From an archaeon (GTDB lineage: Archaea; Methanobacteriota_B; Thermococci; Methanofastidiosales; NM3): 60,881 nt of DNA. The first letter of the stretch is position 1. Each line of letters starts with the position of its first letter. The notes beneath the pieces were generated by a model, which saw only the letters and a program-made list of their open reading frames with translations, searched no databases and was not told the origin of the DNA. The stretch lies in assembly GCA_004212155.1 (NCBI GenBank), contig RXIG01000011.1:1-60881 (forward strand). Reading direction: 5' to 3'. Positions 37,643 to 48,745 of this stretch are shown piece after piece. Position numbers and translations under genes: made by a program.

Positions 37643-38796
37643 AAGATACCGATACCAAGGTTCTCGAAAAAGCCCTTCTTCTTTTCCTTCGGAGCATTGC
37701 CGAACGTCTTTGCAAGCTTCCTGATGAGCTCCTTTTGATCATCGGTGAGCTCGGTTGGCACGTCGATGAGCACGCGTACGTGCTGGTCACCGCGACGCCC
37801 GGTGCGCATGTCGGGCATGCCCCTGCCCTTGAGGCGCAGTATCTTTCCGTGCTGCGTCCCCTTCGGCACGGTCATCTTGACCCTGCCATCGATCGTTTCG
37901 ACGGTAATCTCGTCTCCGAGGGCTGCCTGAGGGAATGTGATCGTCTCCTCCGAGAGCAGCTCCGTGCCCTCGCGGGCGAATCGCTTGTCCTGCTCCACGT
38001 GAACGACGACATAGAGGTCTCCTGGCGGCCCCCCTGTGGTGCTCGGGTTCCCCTCCCCTGCAAGACGGATGTGCGATCCGTTCTCAATGCCGGAGGGTAT
38101 GCGCACCTTGAGCGATTTCTTGCCGCGTACGCTGCCAGTGCCCCGGCACCGAGAACATGGGTCATTGACGATCCTGCCCGTGCCATGGCACGCATCGCAT
38201 GCCATGACCGTGGCAAACTGCCCGAAGGGCGTGTTCCTCACAGCCTGGACCTGCCCGCGCCCGTTGCACTTGCTGCACGTCTCGGGCTCAGACCCGCTCG
38301 CTGACCTGGTTCCCCCGCACTCGGGGCATTCCACCATCTTCTCGAGGGTGAGTGTCTTCTCCATGCCCTCGAACGCATCACGCAATGTGATGGAGATATC
38401 ATAGCGAAGGTCGCTGCCTCGCTGGGGGCCCCTTCGAGACCTTCGGCCGCCGCCGAAGAACATATCAAAGATGGACCCGCCGAGGTCTCCGAAGATATCC
38501 TCGATGTCCTGGTAATGAGTGAAGTCGGACCACTGGAATCCACCGGCGCCACCATTGAAGACGCCCTCCTTGCCATACTGGTCGTAGCGTGCACGCTTCT
38601 CCTTGTCCATCAGCACCTCGTAGGCCTCGGAGATCTCCTTGAACTTCTCCTCCGACTCCTCCTTGTTGTCCGGATTGACATCAGGGTGGTACTTGCGTGC
38701 AAGCTTCCTGTATGCCTTTCGTATCTCATCCTCGGAGGCGTCCCTTGATACGCCGAGGATGTCGTAGTAGTCCTGCTCACTCACATGCTCACCCAT
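37639..38796 (-). CDS. dnaJ: Chaperone DnaJ
   Basis: J domain with HPD, G/F region, four CxxCxGxG-type repeats. Confidence 0.97.
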   Translation of the reverse strand: MGEHVSEQDYYDILGVSRDASEDEIRKAYRKLARKYHPDVNPDNKEESEEKFKEISEAYEVLMDKEKRARYDQYGKEGVFNGGAGGFQWSDFTHYQDIEDIFGDLGGSIFDMFFGGGRRSRRGPQRGSDLRYDISITLRDAFEGMEKTLTLEKMVECPECGGTRSASGSEPETCSKCNGRGQVQAVRNTPFGQFATVMACDACHGTGRIVNDPCSRCRGTGSVRGKKSLKVRIPSGIENGSHIRLAGEGNPSTTGGPPGDLYVVVHVEQDKRFAREGTELLSEETITFPQAALGDEITVETIDGRVKMTVPKGTQHGKILRLKGRGMPDMRTGRRGDQHVRVLIDVPTELTDDQKELIRKLAKTFGNAPKEKKKGFFENLGIGIF

Positions 38797-38808
38797 TATG
38801 TAACGGCC

Positions 38809-40656
38809 TTATCGGTCCTCTTCATCGTCGTCGACGACCGTATAGTCGGCATCGACGACGTCGTCATCGCTGCGCTTCTGCTGTTGTGAGGCGTCCTGTC
38901 CTTGTTGCTGCTGGGCCTGCTCCTGTGCCTGCTGCTGGTAGAGTTCGGACGATATCTCATACATCGCGTTGGTAAGCTCCTCGGTGGCATTCTTTATCTT
39001 CTCGATGTCGTCGGCATCCTTGACGGATCGAAGCGCCTCGAGCTTCTCGTTGATCTTCTCCTTCTTGGATTCATCGACCTTGTCGCCAAGCTCCTTGAGC
39101 GTCTTCTCTGTGGTGTAGACGAGCGAGTCGGCCTGGTTCCTCGCCTCGACTAGTTCCTTTCGCTTGCGGTCCTCCTCTGCATACTGCTGCGCCTCGTTGA
39201 CCATGCGCTCTACCTCGCTGTCCTCAAGGCCGGACGATGACTTGATCGTGATCGTCTGCTCCTTGCCCGTGCCCTTGTCCTTGGCGCTCACGTTAAGTAT
39301 GCCGTTAGCATCGAGATTGAACGTGACCTCGATCTGCGGCACGCCTCGTGGCGCGGGGGGGATGCCCTCGAGCATGAAGCGTCCAAGAGACATGTTGTCC
39401 TTGGCCATCTGCCGCTCGCCCTGGAGGACATGGATCTCCACCGACGTCTGATTGTCGGCAGCTGTGGAGAAGATCTGCGACTTCTTCGTCGGGATCGTCG
39501 TGTTGCGCTCTATGAGCTTCGTGAATACCCCGCCAAGCGTCTCGATGCCAAGCGAGAGAGGGGTGACATCGAGGAGCAAGACGTCCTTCACATCGCCGGC
39601 AAGCACGCCGCCCTGTATCGCGGCGCCCATGGCGACACATTCGTCAGGATTGATGTTCTTGTAGGGCTCCTTCGCAAAGTACTTGGTGATAAGATCGCGC
39701 ACCGCGGGTGCACGCGTCTGGCCACCGACGAGAAGGATCTTGTCGATCTTTTCCGGCTCGATGTTTGCATCCTTCATTGCCTGTTTCATCGGATCGAGCG
39801 TCTTTTCAAGCAGGTCCTCCGTCAAGCTCTCGAGTTTTGAACGCGTCAGCGTCATCTCCAGGTTCTGCGGAGTACCGTCCTTCATAGCGATAAAAGGAAG
39901 GCTGATAGAGGTCTCCTTGAGCGTCGAGAGCTCGATCTTGGCCTTCTCGGCGGCATCGGTGATGCGCTGGAGTGCGACCCTGTCCTCCGAGAGGTCGATG
40001 TCGGAGTCGTTTTTGAACTGTTCCACGACCCACTTGACGATGCGCCTGTTCCAGTCGTCTCCGCCAAGCTTCGTGTTGCCCGAGGTCGACTTCACCTCGA
40101 AGACCCCATCGCCGATCTCAAGGATCGAGACATCAAACGTGCCCCCACCCAGGTCGTAGACGAGGATCGTCTGTTCATCCTCCTTGTCGAGACCGTATGC
40201 GAGCGTTGCCGCGGTGGGCTCGTTGATGATGCGCATTACGTTAAATCCTGCGATCTGGCCGGCGTCCTTTGTCGCCTGGCGCTGTGAATCGTTGAAGTAG
40301 GCTGGCACCGTGATAACAGCATCGTTTATCGTCTCGCCAAGGTAGTTCTCTGCATCCGCCTTGAGCTTGGAGAGGATCATCGCAGAGACCTCCTGGGGCG
40401 TATACTCCTTCTCGCCGATTCGAACCTTCTTGCTGCTGCCTATGAGGCGCTTTATCGATCGAATCGTCTTGTCTGGATTTGTCACGGCCTGGCGCTTCGC
40501 GACGGAGCCTACCAATCGCTCATCTCCCTTAAATGAGACCACAGATGGCGTCGTTCGTTCGCCCTCGGCATTGGGGATGACCGTTGCCGATCCTCCCTCA
40601 ATGACGGCCATACATGAATTTGTCGTTCCTAAGTCTATTCCCAAAACCTTTGCCAT
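38809..40656 (-). CDS. dnaK: Chaperone DnaK
   Basis: [38 protein letters not shown]. Confidence 0.98.
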   Translation of the reverse strand: MAKVLGIDLGTTNSCMAVIEGGSATVIPNAEGERTTPSVVSFKGDERLVGSVAKRQAVTNPDKTIRSIKRLIGSSKKVRIGEKEYTPQEVSAMILSKLKADAENYLGETINDAVITVPAYFNDSQRQATKDAGQIAGFNVMRIINEPTAATLAYGLDKEDEQTILVYDLGGGTFDVSILEIGDGVFEVKSTSGNTKLGGDDWNRRIVKWVVEQFKNDSDIDLSEDRVALQRITDAAEKAKIELSTLKETSISLPFIAMKDGTPQNLEMTLTRSKLESLTEDLLEKTLDPMKQAMKDANIEPEKIDKILLVGGQTRAPAVRDLITKYFAKEPYKNINPDECVAMGAAIQGGVLAGDVKDVLLLDVTPLSLGIETLGGVFTKLIERNTTIPTKKSQIFSTAADNQTSVEIHVLQGERQMAKDNMSLGRFMLEGIPPAPRGVPQIEVTFNLDANGILNVSAKDKGTGKEQTITIKSSSGLEDSEVERMVNEAQQYAEEDRKRKELVEARNQADSLVYTTEKTLKELGDKVDESKKEKINEKLEALRSVKDADDIEKIKNATEELTNAMYEISSELYQQQAQEQAQQQQGQDASQQQKRSDDDVVDADYTVVDDDEEDR

Positions 40657-40658
40657 GT

Positions 40659-41219
40659 TTACTCACCTTCATAGTGTTGTGAATCCTTGCGTACCTTCAC
40701 TTTTGCGTGTCTGATAACTTTGTCCTTGTACGTATATCCCTTAACGAATTCGTCAGAGACGATCTCCTCATCTCCCTCTGTGCCCTCCTCCATGACCAAG
40801 GCTTCATGGAGCGTCGGGTCGAACCGTTTGTTGAGACACTCAATTTGCTGCACTTCCTCTTCTGAGAGTATCTTGCACAGTTGATTGTATATCATGGTGA
40901 ATCCTTTCAGATATTCATCCGGGAGATTCTTTGCACCGTCCGAAGCGAGTACACGCTCGAAGTTGTCCTTCGTCTCGAGCAGCTTAAGGATGAGCCGCTC
41001 GTTCGCATAGGTGGTGATGGAATCGATCTCGCGTTCAGTACGCTTTTTATAATTCTCAAAATCCGCCTGGATCCGGCGCATCGTATCGAGATAATCCTGT
41101 ATCGTCTGCTCCTTTCGCTCCAGCTCTTCGCTTAGTTCCTTTACTTGCTGTTGAAGATCTTCGGAGGACAAAGCATCTGTTCGCTCCTCTGATTCCGTCT
41201 GCTCGTTCGAGTCGCACAT
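40659..41219 (-). CDS. grpE: Nucleotide exchange factor GrpE
   Basis: [20 protein letters not shown]...VIRHAKV. Confidence 0.96.
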   Translation of the reverse strand: MCDSNEQTESEERTDALSSEDLQQQVKELSEELERKEQTIQDYLDTMRRIQADFENYKKRTEREIDSITTYANERLILKLLETKDNFERVLASDGAKNLPDEYLKGFTMIYNQLCKILSEEEVQQIECLNKRFDPTLHEALVMEEGTEGDEEIVSDEFVKGYTYKDKVIRHAKVKVRKDSQHYEGE

Positions 41220-41267
41220 TGTGTCTCCCTCTCATAATAATAAAAAGTTAGGTTAATAAAATGTGAA

Positions 41268-41283
41268 TTTATATCGATATAAA
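41268..41283. promoter_or_regulatory. 16-bp perfect palindrome TTTATATCGATATAAA upstream of grpE
   Basis: Self-complementary; contains TATA-like boxes on both strands about 50-65 nt from the grpE start. Confidence 0.5.
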
Positions 41284-41573
41284 AATTTTTCGGTAAACGG
41301 GGCTTCAGACATACCATGGGGTACGAACCATATGGTTGATAATGATCATGACGCGCTTATCCATTCCCCATTTTGTTACACATGGTTGTTGGCGTGGTCA
41401 GTTTATTTATTCTTATTATTCGTAATATTTGTATACTGTTATTATGAATGGTCGTGTAGGTCGAACCCCCTGTGAAAGCCAATTCATTGCCCCCTGTAAA
41501 TCACTGGTTTTGGAAAAACAAGTTCATGAATGTGCCAAGCCCCCATGTTTTTAAGAACGGAGAAATACAGTAA

Positions 41574-42242
41574 ATGTCGATGGACGAGACCAGAGGTACT
41601 TTCGCGCAAGCGGTGGAAAGGATTATGTCACACTATGACACAAAACGTTGGTGGCCCCACGAGTCACGATTCGAGATCGTGGTCGGCGCCATCCTCGTAC
41701 AACGTACACGATGGGAAAACGTGGAAAAGGTGATCGAAGCGATGCGGTCAAGAGGCGTGCTTACTCCCTCGGCCATCTCTACGTTGGATGTCCTTGAACT
41801 CGAGCGAATGGTGCGCCCCACAGGATTCTTTCGACAAAAATCACGACGCATCCAGCGATTGGCGCACCATATTCATCTCTATCACAAGGGGGATGTCACA
41901 TGCTTTCTCAAACGCCCTTATCAAGAGCTTGCCTCAGACCTAGAACGCATGGATGGCATCGGACCGGAGACGCGCGATGCGATACTGCTCTACGCCGCTG
42001 GCCATCCCGTTATGATTGCTGACACGTACGCGATACGCCTGTGTGACAGGCTGGGCCTCTTGGACCCTGTGACACCTCATGCAATCAAAAACCATTTAAT
42101 GCAACACCTCCCCACTACACCACAGACATGCAGGCGGGCGCATGCCGCCATCGTCGAACACTGCAAGAAACGGTGCTGCGCCGTTCCTCGATGCAGTGGG
42201 TGTCCCCTCCTCGATATGTGTGAACATGGTGCAACAAAATGA
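41574..42242 (+). CDS. Endonuclease III-related HhH-GPD protein
   Basis: FEIVVGAILVQRT.W.NV, GFFRQK, GIGPETRDAILLY, C-terminal Cys4 Fe-S motif. Confidence 0.88.
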   Translation: MSMDETRGTFAQAVERIMSHYDTKRWWPHESRFEIVVGAILVQRTRWENVEKVIEAMRSRGVLTPSAISTLDVLELERMVRPTGFFRQKSRRIQRLAHHIHLYHKGDVTCFLKRPYQELASDLERMDGIGPETRDAILLYAAGHPVMIADTYAIRLCDRLGLLDPVTPHAIKNHLMQHLPTTPQTCRRAHAAIVEHCKKRCCAVPRCSGCPLLDMCEHGATK

Positions 42243-42796
42243 GATTCTCCCGAACGGAGCTGCGCGATCTTGCAATAGCCTGGGTCGTCCTCGGAGTGAT
42301 CCTATCACGATTCTCAATCGAACTCATCCCCATGAGCTTCGTGGCCGTCGGCACGGCATTCGTCTGCCATGAGCTGGCCCACAAATATTACGCTCAGCGC
42401 CATCACCTCTTCGCCGAGTTCAGGATGTGGACGAACGGCTTGGTGCTGGCCATTGCCATCGCGCTCATATCGCAAGGGCAGTTCATCTTCGCAGCCCCGG
42501 GTGCCGTCTACATATATGGATATAACATCAGCCCGTCCGTAAACGGAAGGATATCCTTTGCCGGACCCGCAGTGAACCTCTTCGTTGCCACGCTGGCCAT
42601 GCTCCTCTACCTCGTGTTCCCGACATACTTAGTGGCGTCGGTCGCCCTCATCAACGCATTCCTTGGGTTCTTCAATCTTCTGCCCATCCATCCGCTCGAC
42701 GGGGGAAAGATCATGAACTGGAACAAAACGGCATATGTGGGAGCTCTGGGATGGGCGCTCGTCATGGTGTTTTTGACGCAATACCTCCTCGTATGA
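42239..42796 (+). CDS. Site-2 protease (M50) family membrane metalloprotease
   Basis: HELAH, AGPAVN, FNLLPIHPLDGG. Confidence 0.9.
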   Translation: MRFSRTELRDLAIAWVVLGVILSRFSIELIPMSFVAVGTAFVCHELAHKYYAQRHHLFAEFRMWTNGLVLAIAIALISQGQFIFAAPGAVYIYGYNISPSVNGRISFAGPAVNLFVATLAMLLYLVFPTYLVASVALINAFLGFFNLLPIHPLDGGKIMNWNKTAYVGALGWALVMVFLTQYLLV

Positions 42797-42954
42797 TTGC
42801 GAATTGGGCCCATTGTACGTCCAGTCTCGTGGTTGTCCCACCAAGTATCTCCATGCGTAGGAAGGGTGATTAACAAGGGTGCGTTCATCGCCCGTCGATG
42901 AGGATGGGGGAAATTATATATAGATATAATAATGAATGTAGACATGGTGGTAAA

Positions 42955-43470
42955 GTGACAAAACCCCTTATAGAGGACATCATCGACACCGACATTCTTT
43001 TGATGAAATCTACTAGCACCGTCATGGAGGCGGTGCGAAAGATGCATGAGAAGAACACAGACTACGCACTCATATGTAACGATGGGGCACCGGAAGGCAT
43101 CGTCACCGAACGTGATGTGATATCAAAGGTGCTCACGGCGGGACTCAACCCTGAGAAAGTCCCACTCTATAAGATCATGACGACACCCGTCACCACCATC
43201 GAGAAGAACGCAGAGGTCATAGATGCATGGAATCTCATTTCTGAGTCGAAGATAAAGCGCCTCATCGTGACTGAGAACGAAAAGGTTGTGGGAGTGATAA
43301 CCTCTTTTAGCATACTCTCAATCGCCCCAGAGATATTCACGCATGAGGAAGAGCTTTCCCGACCAGAGGGTGGCTTCTGTGAATTTTGTGGCAACTATTT
43401 TCCAAGCCTAAACGAAGTGGAAGGTAAATTTGTGTGCGATAGTTGCAAAGATCAGCTCCTTGAGGAGTGA
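42955..43470 (+). CDS. CBS-pair protein with C-terminal Zn ribbon
   Basis: GIVTERD, IMT.PV, VGVIT; CEFC...CDSC. Confidence 0.85.
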   Translation: MTKPLIEDIIDTDILLMKSTSTVMEAVRKMHEKNTDYALICNDGAPEGIVTERDVISKVLTAGLNPEKVPLYKIMTTPVTTIEKNAEVIDAWNLISESKIKRLIVTENEKVVGVITSFSILSIAPEIFTHEEELSRPEGGFCEFCGNYFPSLNEVEGKFVCDSCKDQLLEE

Positions 43471-43495
43471 TCATTTTGAATAGAGGAGGCACTAG

Positions 43496-44287
43496 ATGAA
43501 AATCTCAGGCATAGTTAAGTCAGTTCCATTCTTGAATGGAAACGATCTTGCCACAAAAGCGCGACAACTTCTTCGTAATGAAAAGTTGTTGTTTGTCGAG
43601 AAGGATGGAAACTTCAGAGGTATGATCGACCGTACCACTGCATTACAAATCACTGGCGACAAGTCAACGCTGACCGCACTCGACATCGCCAAACCCCCGC
43701 TATACCAGACGACTCCCGACGACACGGTAGAGCACGTGGCCCGCAAGATGCTTAAATATAACACATATATACTGCCCGTGTTCGATGGGACGCACCCGAT
43801 CGGGTATGTGGGGCTCTCGGAGATCCTCGCCATCCTCATTTTGGAAAACGAGCATGTTGCCAAGATGCGCATAGGGGACATGATGAGAACGTACCCCATT
43901 TACGTGGATGCGGAGGATTCTATCGTAAAGCTGTGGAACATCATGGAGGAAATACAATATTCTGGCGTGCCCGTCATACGGGTGGCAACGTCGCGCAAGG
44001 ACCGGTTCAACAAACTGGCAGGCTATGTGTCCAAAAAGGACCTGCTTCTTTCTGGAAACGTTCGAAAATCGATTCATGCGGGCATGAGCCGCTCGAATCA
44101 GCCAAAGGTCGAAAAGATCATGAACAGGACACCCATCTTGCTTAGCGAGGACGACACGGTATCCACGTTCGTGGAGAAGATGATTCAACACGACGTGTCG
44201 CGCATACCCGTCGTCAACGAGGGCTACGAGCTCAAGGGTATCGTGGGAAAGATGGATGTCCTCAAATTATTAGTGGAGGGATGGTAA
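43496..44287 (+). CDS. CBS domain protein (four CBS)
   Basis: Repeated LPV/VPV/IPV + G-h-V motifs. Confidence 0.85.
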   Translation: MKISGIVKSVPFLNGNDLATKARQLLRNEKLLFVEKDGNFRGMIDRTTALQITGDKSTLTALDIAKPPLYQTTPDDTVEHVARKMLKYNTYILPVFDGTHPIGYVGLSEILAILILENEHVAKMRIGDMMRTYPIYVDAEDSIVKLWNIMEEIQYSGVPVIRVATSRKDRFNKLAGYVSKKDLLLSGNVRKSIHAGMSRSNQPKVEKIMNRTPILLSEDDTVSTFVEKMIQHDVSRIPVVNEGYELKGIVGKMDVLKLLVEGW

Positions 44288-45201
44288 TGAGAGACTTCAT
44301 ATACGGGAAACTTGACAGAGGGCCGATTGAATTCGGTTCACGAAGGGCCGAGAAGGAACGCGAGGTCATGAAGATTGCCCGACGGAATGTCGTGACCGTG
44401 CCGCCAACCATCAATATCAAGGGCGCTGCTGAGACGATGCTTGAATACAATGTTCGACGACTGCCCATCGTGCAGCCCGGAACGTCGGCGATCAAGGGCA
44501 TCGTTATCACGAGAGACATTATCGACTTCCTCGGGGGTGGTGAGAGCTACAACCTCATAATGCAGAAACACAAGGGCAACTTCCTTGCTGCAATAAACGA
44601 ATCGGTGCGCGAGATCATGTCAAATGACGTCATCGCCATCAGAGACGACTACTCCGTTGGGGCCACACTCAACAAGCTTGTTGAGAAGGGCGTCGGGGGA
44701 TTTCCCATCCTGAACAAGTACGACAAGGTCGTTGGCATCGTTGAAGAGGAAGACTTTGTCTACAACATCGCTGGCGTTTGGTCCGGCATCTCGGTAGCAG
44801 ATACCATGACATCAGATGTCATCACGATCACCCCAGGGACGACTCTCAAGGACACGTCACGCATCATGATCAAGAATTACAGAAGACGACTGCCAGTGGT
44901 GTCCGATGGCGAACTCATAGGCGTGATCTCCACATTCGACATCATGGACTATTTCGGGTCGTCCCTCATGCTTGAGCGAATGAAGACGGAGAGTGCCGAG
45001 GATGCGCTCTCGATACGCATACAGGACATCATGAACAAGACCCCCATCACGATAGCGCCCGATGCCGACATCGGACAGGCCGTAGACCTCATGAAACGAA
45101 GCGGCATAGGATTCTTACCTGTCGTCCAGGAGCACGACATACGGGGTGTCATCACGGAAAGGGACATACTGCTCAAGCTCATAGAAGAGGAATACGCATG
45201 A
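44281..45201 (+). CDS. CBS domain protein (four CBS)
   Basis: RRLPIV, DIIDFLGGG, RRLPVV, GVITERD. Confidence 0.88.
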   Translation: MVMRDFIYGKLDRGPIEFGSRRAEKEREVMKIARRNVVTVPPTINIKGAAETMLEYNVRRLPIVQPGTSAIKGIVITRDIIDFLGGGESYNLIMQKHKGNFLAAINESVREIMSNDVIAIRDDYSVGATLNKLVEKGVGGFPILNKYDKVVGIVEEEDFVYNIAGVWSGISVADTMTSDVITITPGTTLKDTSRIMIKNYRRRLPVVSDGELIGVISTFDIMDYFGSSLMLERMKTESAEDALSIRIQDIMNKTPITIAPDADIGQAVDLMKRSGIGFLPVVQEHDIRGVITERDILLKLIEEEYA

Positions 45202-45968
45202 AAAGGGAACTCAAGGAAATCGCACACGAGGCCATCGTCATCGACAAGGACAGACGTCTGTCGTATGCCGTCGAGGAGATGGAGAAAAACAATATCGCAC
45301 GGCTCCCCGTGACAGAAGAGGGCGAGCTTGTTGGCATCATCACCGAACGCGACATCGTGGAGAAGATCGGCTCCTCGCGTAGCCTGAACATGAGGACGTC
45401 ATCGTTCCATGTTTCATCCTGTATGACCTCAGATCCGTTCTCGCTTTCAGAGGACGCAAAGGTCATCGAGGCACTCCTCGCGTTCAAGGAACGTGGCATC
45501 TCGGGCATTCCTGTCCTTGGAGAGAAGATCGGCATCGTGACAAAGACGGACCTTCTCAAAGCATTCGACTTCGAAGGCTACGTCTCGGAGCATATGAACA
45601 CTAAATTCCACGCGCTAAGCCCTGACGACCGCGTGATACATGCCCGCAGGATCATGCTCGACAACGACATTCACTCCCTTCCAGTATGGGATGGAGAGGC
45701 CGTTGGCATCGTAACGATCCAGGACATTCTAATCGGTCTCAACCTCTTCAGGGAAAAGACCCCTGGAAGGTATATGGACAATCGCCTCAAGGAGTTCACC
45801 GTCGACCAGGTCATGACGACGGAGGTCGAGGTAGCCTCTCTCGAAGAGACCCTCAACGATGTCAAGAGAAGACTGGTAGAGCATAACTTCTCATCGATGC
45901 CCGTTACGAACTACGAGGACAACATCGTTGGTATGATCTCCAAGGACGAATTGATAAACGCGTTATAA
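45198..45968 (+). CDS. CBS domain protein (four CBS)
   Basis: RLPV, GIITERD, GIVTKTD, HARRIM. Confidence 0.88.
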   Translation: MKRELKEIAHEAIVIDKDRRLSYAVEEMEKNNIARLPVTEEGELVGIITERDIVEKIGSSRSLNMRTSSFHVSSCMTSDPFSLSEDAKVIEALLAFKERGISGIPVLGEKIGIVTKTDLLKAFDFEGYVSEHMNTKFHALSPDDRVIHARRIMLDNDIHSLPVWDGEAVGIVTIQDILIGLNLFREKTPGRYMDNRLKEFTVDQVMTTEVEVASLEETLNDVKRRLVEHNFSSMPVTNYEDNIVGMISKDELINAL

Positions 45969-46090
45969 TCCTCTCACCTATTCTTTTTTATTCCTATTTT
46001 TTCAAAGTTCAAGGACAATGTGTGAAAAATAATCACACAAAAACCAGAACATTTTTATACTTACCACCTGGTCTAAAAAAGGTGAACCTT

Positions 46091-46279
46091 ATGCCAAAGG
46101 TAATTGTTGATGAGGACTTATGTACGGGCTGTGGCATTTGTATTGACGAATGTCCTTCCGAGGTATTTGACCTAGAAGATGATATTGCTCGCCCGGTACG
46201 GGTCGATGACTGCACGGTATGCAGGCTATGCGAGATGGACTGTCCGTCTGAAGCGATCGTCGTCGAGGACGACGAGTAA
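46091..46279 (+). CDS. 2[4Fe-4S] ferredoxin
   Basis: CTGCGICIDECP and CTVCRLCEMDCP; acidic; SD AGGTGA. Confidence 0.93.
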   Translation: MPKVIVDEDLCTGCGICIDECPSEVFDLEDDIARPVRVDDCTVCRLCEMDCPSEAIVVEDDE

Positions 46280-46312
46280 TCCCCCCTCGATAGTTATTTA
46301 CGGGGTGTACAT

Positions 46313-46654
46313 ATGACGTGGAAACAGGCCGACGAAATGCTCAGGTCCCAACTCGAAGCCGCGCTCTCGGATGAGGACTATGAGGAACAGAAGATGTATG
46401 GACTTCATCTCTATTCTGTGAAGGATACGATATTTGCGGGCATCGGGGACGACACCCTCTTCCTTCGCCTTGACGACGACACCGTCTCACAGTTCGAGAG
46501 CGAGTATGGTTACATCAGGGCATACGAACCTGAGGAAGGAAGCGTTCTCGCAGGATTCTACAAGGTCCCAGACAACATCATTGCACGGGAGCCAGACCTG
46601 ATGCGCATGATCAGGGCAGCACATGGCTACGCAGCTTCGGACGCCGACGAGTAA
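46313..46654 (+). CDS. TfoX N-terminal-domain-like protein
   Basis: KMYG...IFA....LFLR...FYKVP pattern. Confidence 0.6.
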   Translation: MTWKQADEMLRSQLEAALSDEDYEEQKMYGLHLYSVKDTIFAGIGDDTLFLRLDDDTVSQFESEYGYIRAYEPEEGSVLAGFYKVPDNIIAREPDLMRMIRAAHGYAASDADE

Positions 46655-46748
46655 TCTACGCACTTCTCTCTTTTTTCGAAATATTGTTCGTGCAAACCAG
46701 GACAATATTTATATACTTGTGGCTTGAACGTAGCAACTGCGTGATATC

Positions 46749-46958
46749 ATGCCAATAGACCATTGCCCCTACATCGAATCAAAACCAAACAAATTCTTCA
46801 TTGGACACGAGGAGTACTGCACGCTTTGCGGCAAGCGATTGTCTGACATGCACATCAAGACGATACGAACAATGTGCTATGGAGAATATGAACAGTGCGA
46901 AACATACAGGTACCAGCGGGAAAAGATGATAAAAGAGTCGCTGCACGTGAAGACGTGA
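46749..46958 (+). CDS. Small Cys-rich hypothetical protein
   Basis: CPY...YCTLC...C.GEYEQCETY; TATA TTTATATA about 35 nt upstream. Confidence 0.55.
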   Translation: MPIDHCPYIESKPNKFFIGHEEYCTLCGKRLSDMHIKTIRTMCYGEYEQCETYRYQREKMIKESLHVKT

Positions 46959-46960
46959 CA

Positions 46961-47290
46961 TCACGTCTCGAGCTTTCCGAGCACCTCTCTCAGGAATGCG
47001 ATACCTTCTCCGATAAGTGTTTCACCGCTCTCTGTGATGATATAATACTTTCTCTTGACCTTCGTGGAGTCATCGCCACGTACCTCGGTACGGACATATC
47101 CACCTGATTCAAGCTTGTAGAGCACTACATACGACGTGATTGTGGTCGGAGACCAGTTGAAATGGTTCTTTATCTGGTCCTTTATTTCATAGCCATACAT
47201 AGGACGTTCCTGTAGGAGCTTGAGTATGTAGAGCCACATGACCTCCTTGGTAAGTTTCTGACGTAATCTGTCGAGTGGCATGCGTATCAT
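46961..47290 (-). CDS. PadR-family transcriptional regulator
   Basis: ILKLL..RPMYGYEI, Y.VLYKLE..GYV, RKYYIITESG. Confidence 0.9.
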   Translation of the reverse strand: MIRMPLDRLRQKLTKEVMWLYILKLLQERPMYGYEIKDQIKNHFNWSPTTITSYVVLYKLESGGYVRTEVRGDDSTKVKRKYYIITESGETLIGEGIAFLREVLGKLET

Positions 47291-47485
47291 ACGGTGTTTA
47301 TTATATGAGTATAAAACATTTATTGAACCCACGCCCATTCGCACGAGATGACGGCTCATGTGCTACGCCATTCTTGCACCATGCCGCATGGCGCGGGTCC
47401 CGCCAACCGTGGTGAACTTCTTCCCTGAGAAAATGGTGTGAATAGATAACGAACAACACGATACTTTTATATGGTGCCATAGAAA

Positions 47486-47911
47486 ATGATAGGCATGAAA
47501 CAGGTTACCAGACTTCTCGTGCTTTCGCCTGATTCAAAGCTCTCGCCTTCGTACCTGGCACGAGAGGTCTCTACACTCTCATCGTCACTTTTTGTCAAAC
47601 AGACTTGTTATGGTGTGCTTGTAGAAGGGGATGAGGACGAGGTAGACAACGTGGTAACGGAGATCAAGAAACTCGACCCATTGAGAATCTTTTCAAAGGT
47701 GAGAGCATTTCCAGTGGGTGACAAGCGAAGGTGCAGGGCCGTTCGAGGAGCGGCACGCCCTGGCTTTTACTTTTTGGAGCAGGAAATCGAGACGCTTCCC
47801 CTTATCGTCAAGGCGCTCGAATGCATGGGCGGGGAGGAACATGCCCCCCCGGAGGTGCCATCCTGCCTAGATCCCGACACGCTAAAACGCATTATAGAGG
47901 AATCGACATGA
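47486..47911 (+). CDS. Methanogenesis marker protein 6
   Basis: KQTCYG...EG, IFSKVRAFPVGDKRRCRA..G.ARPGF. Confidence 0.88.
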   Translation: MIGMKQVTRLLVLSPDSKLSPSYLAREVSTLSSSLFVKQTCYGVLVEGDEDEVDNVVTEIKKLDPLRIFSKVRAFPVGDKRRCRAVRGAARPGFYFLEQEIETLPLIVKALECMGGEEHAPPEVPSCLDPDTLKRIIEEST

Positions 47912-48291
47912 TCAAGATATCAAAGGACTCGAGGTCGTGCGAGCTGTGCAAGATAGCACTTGCGATACATGAGCTTTCAGGGAAGCTCCCCATCACGATG
48001 CGATCAAAATACAATAAGGGTGTTCGCATCGAAAAAGGCAATGTGGTCGATATGAACTACACGGGGCCAATACTCGAGAAAGTACTTCAATCGGGGATCA
48101 CCCAACGTGTGACCCCCTCAAACGGGGTATACCGTGGCGTACCCGTATGCGTCGTGCCCATCAAAAACGACCAGGGCGAGACCATCGCCGCATTGGGCGT
48201 TGTCGACATCACTATGGGCATATTCGAGGACCTCATCCAGATCACCTCGCGTCCGGAGATAATGCGTCTCAAGAAAAGGAACATGTTGTAA
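47908..48291 (+). CDS. DUF2111 family protein (methanogen-associated)
   Basis: LPITMRS...GVRIEKG.V.D.NYTGPILE, G.Y.GVPV.VVP, ALGVVD. Confidence 0.82.
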   Translation: MIKISKDSRSCELCKIALAIHELSGKLPITMRSKYNKGVRIEKGNVVDMNYTGPILEKVLQSGITQRVTPSNGVYRGVPVCVVPIKNDQGETIAALGVVDITMGIFEDLIQITSRPEIMRLKKRNML

Positions 48292-48298
48292 GGTGAAT

Positions 48299-48745
48299 AT
48301 GTTGAAAGTTGCAATATTTCCTCCCAACTCATTAATTTTATCTGACCTGGTCGAACGTGCCGGGCATGAACCGCTAACGATCATGGAAACGATCTCAAAG
48401 AAGGTGCGAGACGTCGAGATTGATTCGCCCCCACTCAACATCACCGCCGAAGAGCCCAGCAAGGGGCTTCAATACGCCTCTGCCGAGGCGCCATCGGGAG
48501 TGCGCGGCAGGCTTTCTGTCTTCGGTCCCCTCTATGAGAAGGCCGACGCCATCATTGCGCTCAAGGATGCCCCAATGAACTTCGGATGCCTGGGATGTGC
48601 CCGGACAAACGAGTTCCTCCTCTACATGATAAAGAAATCAGGCATTCCACAACTCGTCCTTACCTACCCAAAGACGGAGGAAGAGGCGCGTTCGGTCGTA
48701 TCACGCATACTCGCGTTCCTCAAGGAGGTAGAGGGGAATGATTAA
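48299..48745 (+). CDS. Methanogenesis marker protein 5
   Basis: [33 protein letters not shown]. Confidence 0.92.
   Translation: MLKVAIFPPNSLILSDLVERAGHEPLTIMETISKKVRDVEIDSPPLNITAEEPSKGLQYASAEAPSGVRGRLSVFGPLYEKADAIIALKDAPMNFGCLGCARTNEFLLYMIKKSGIPQLVLTYPKTEEEARSVVSRILAFLKEVEGND

Noticed and set aside
38875-38940. Gln-rich repeat at the DnaK C-terminus
   Set aside because: Ordinary low-complexity DnaK tail
41263-41475. 70-aa hydrophobic ORF, and T-loop-like GGTCGAACCCC near 41459
   Set aside because: ORF starts within the promoter region, has no SD and reflects T-rich DNA; no tRNA cloverleaf can be built
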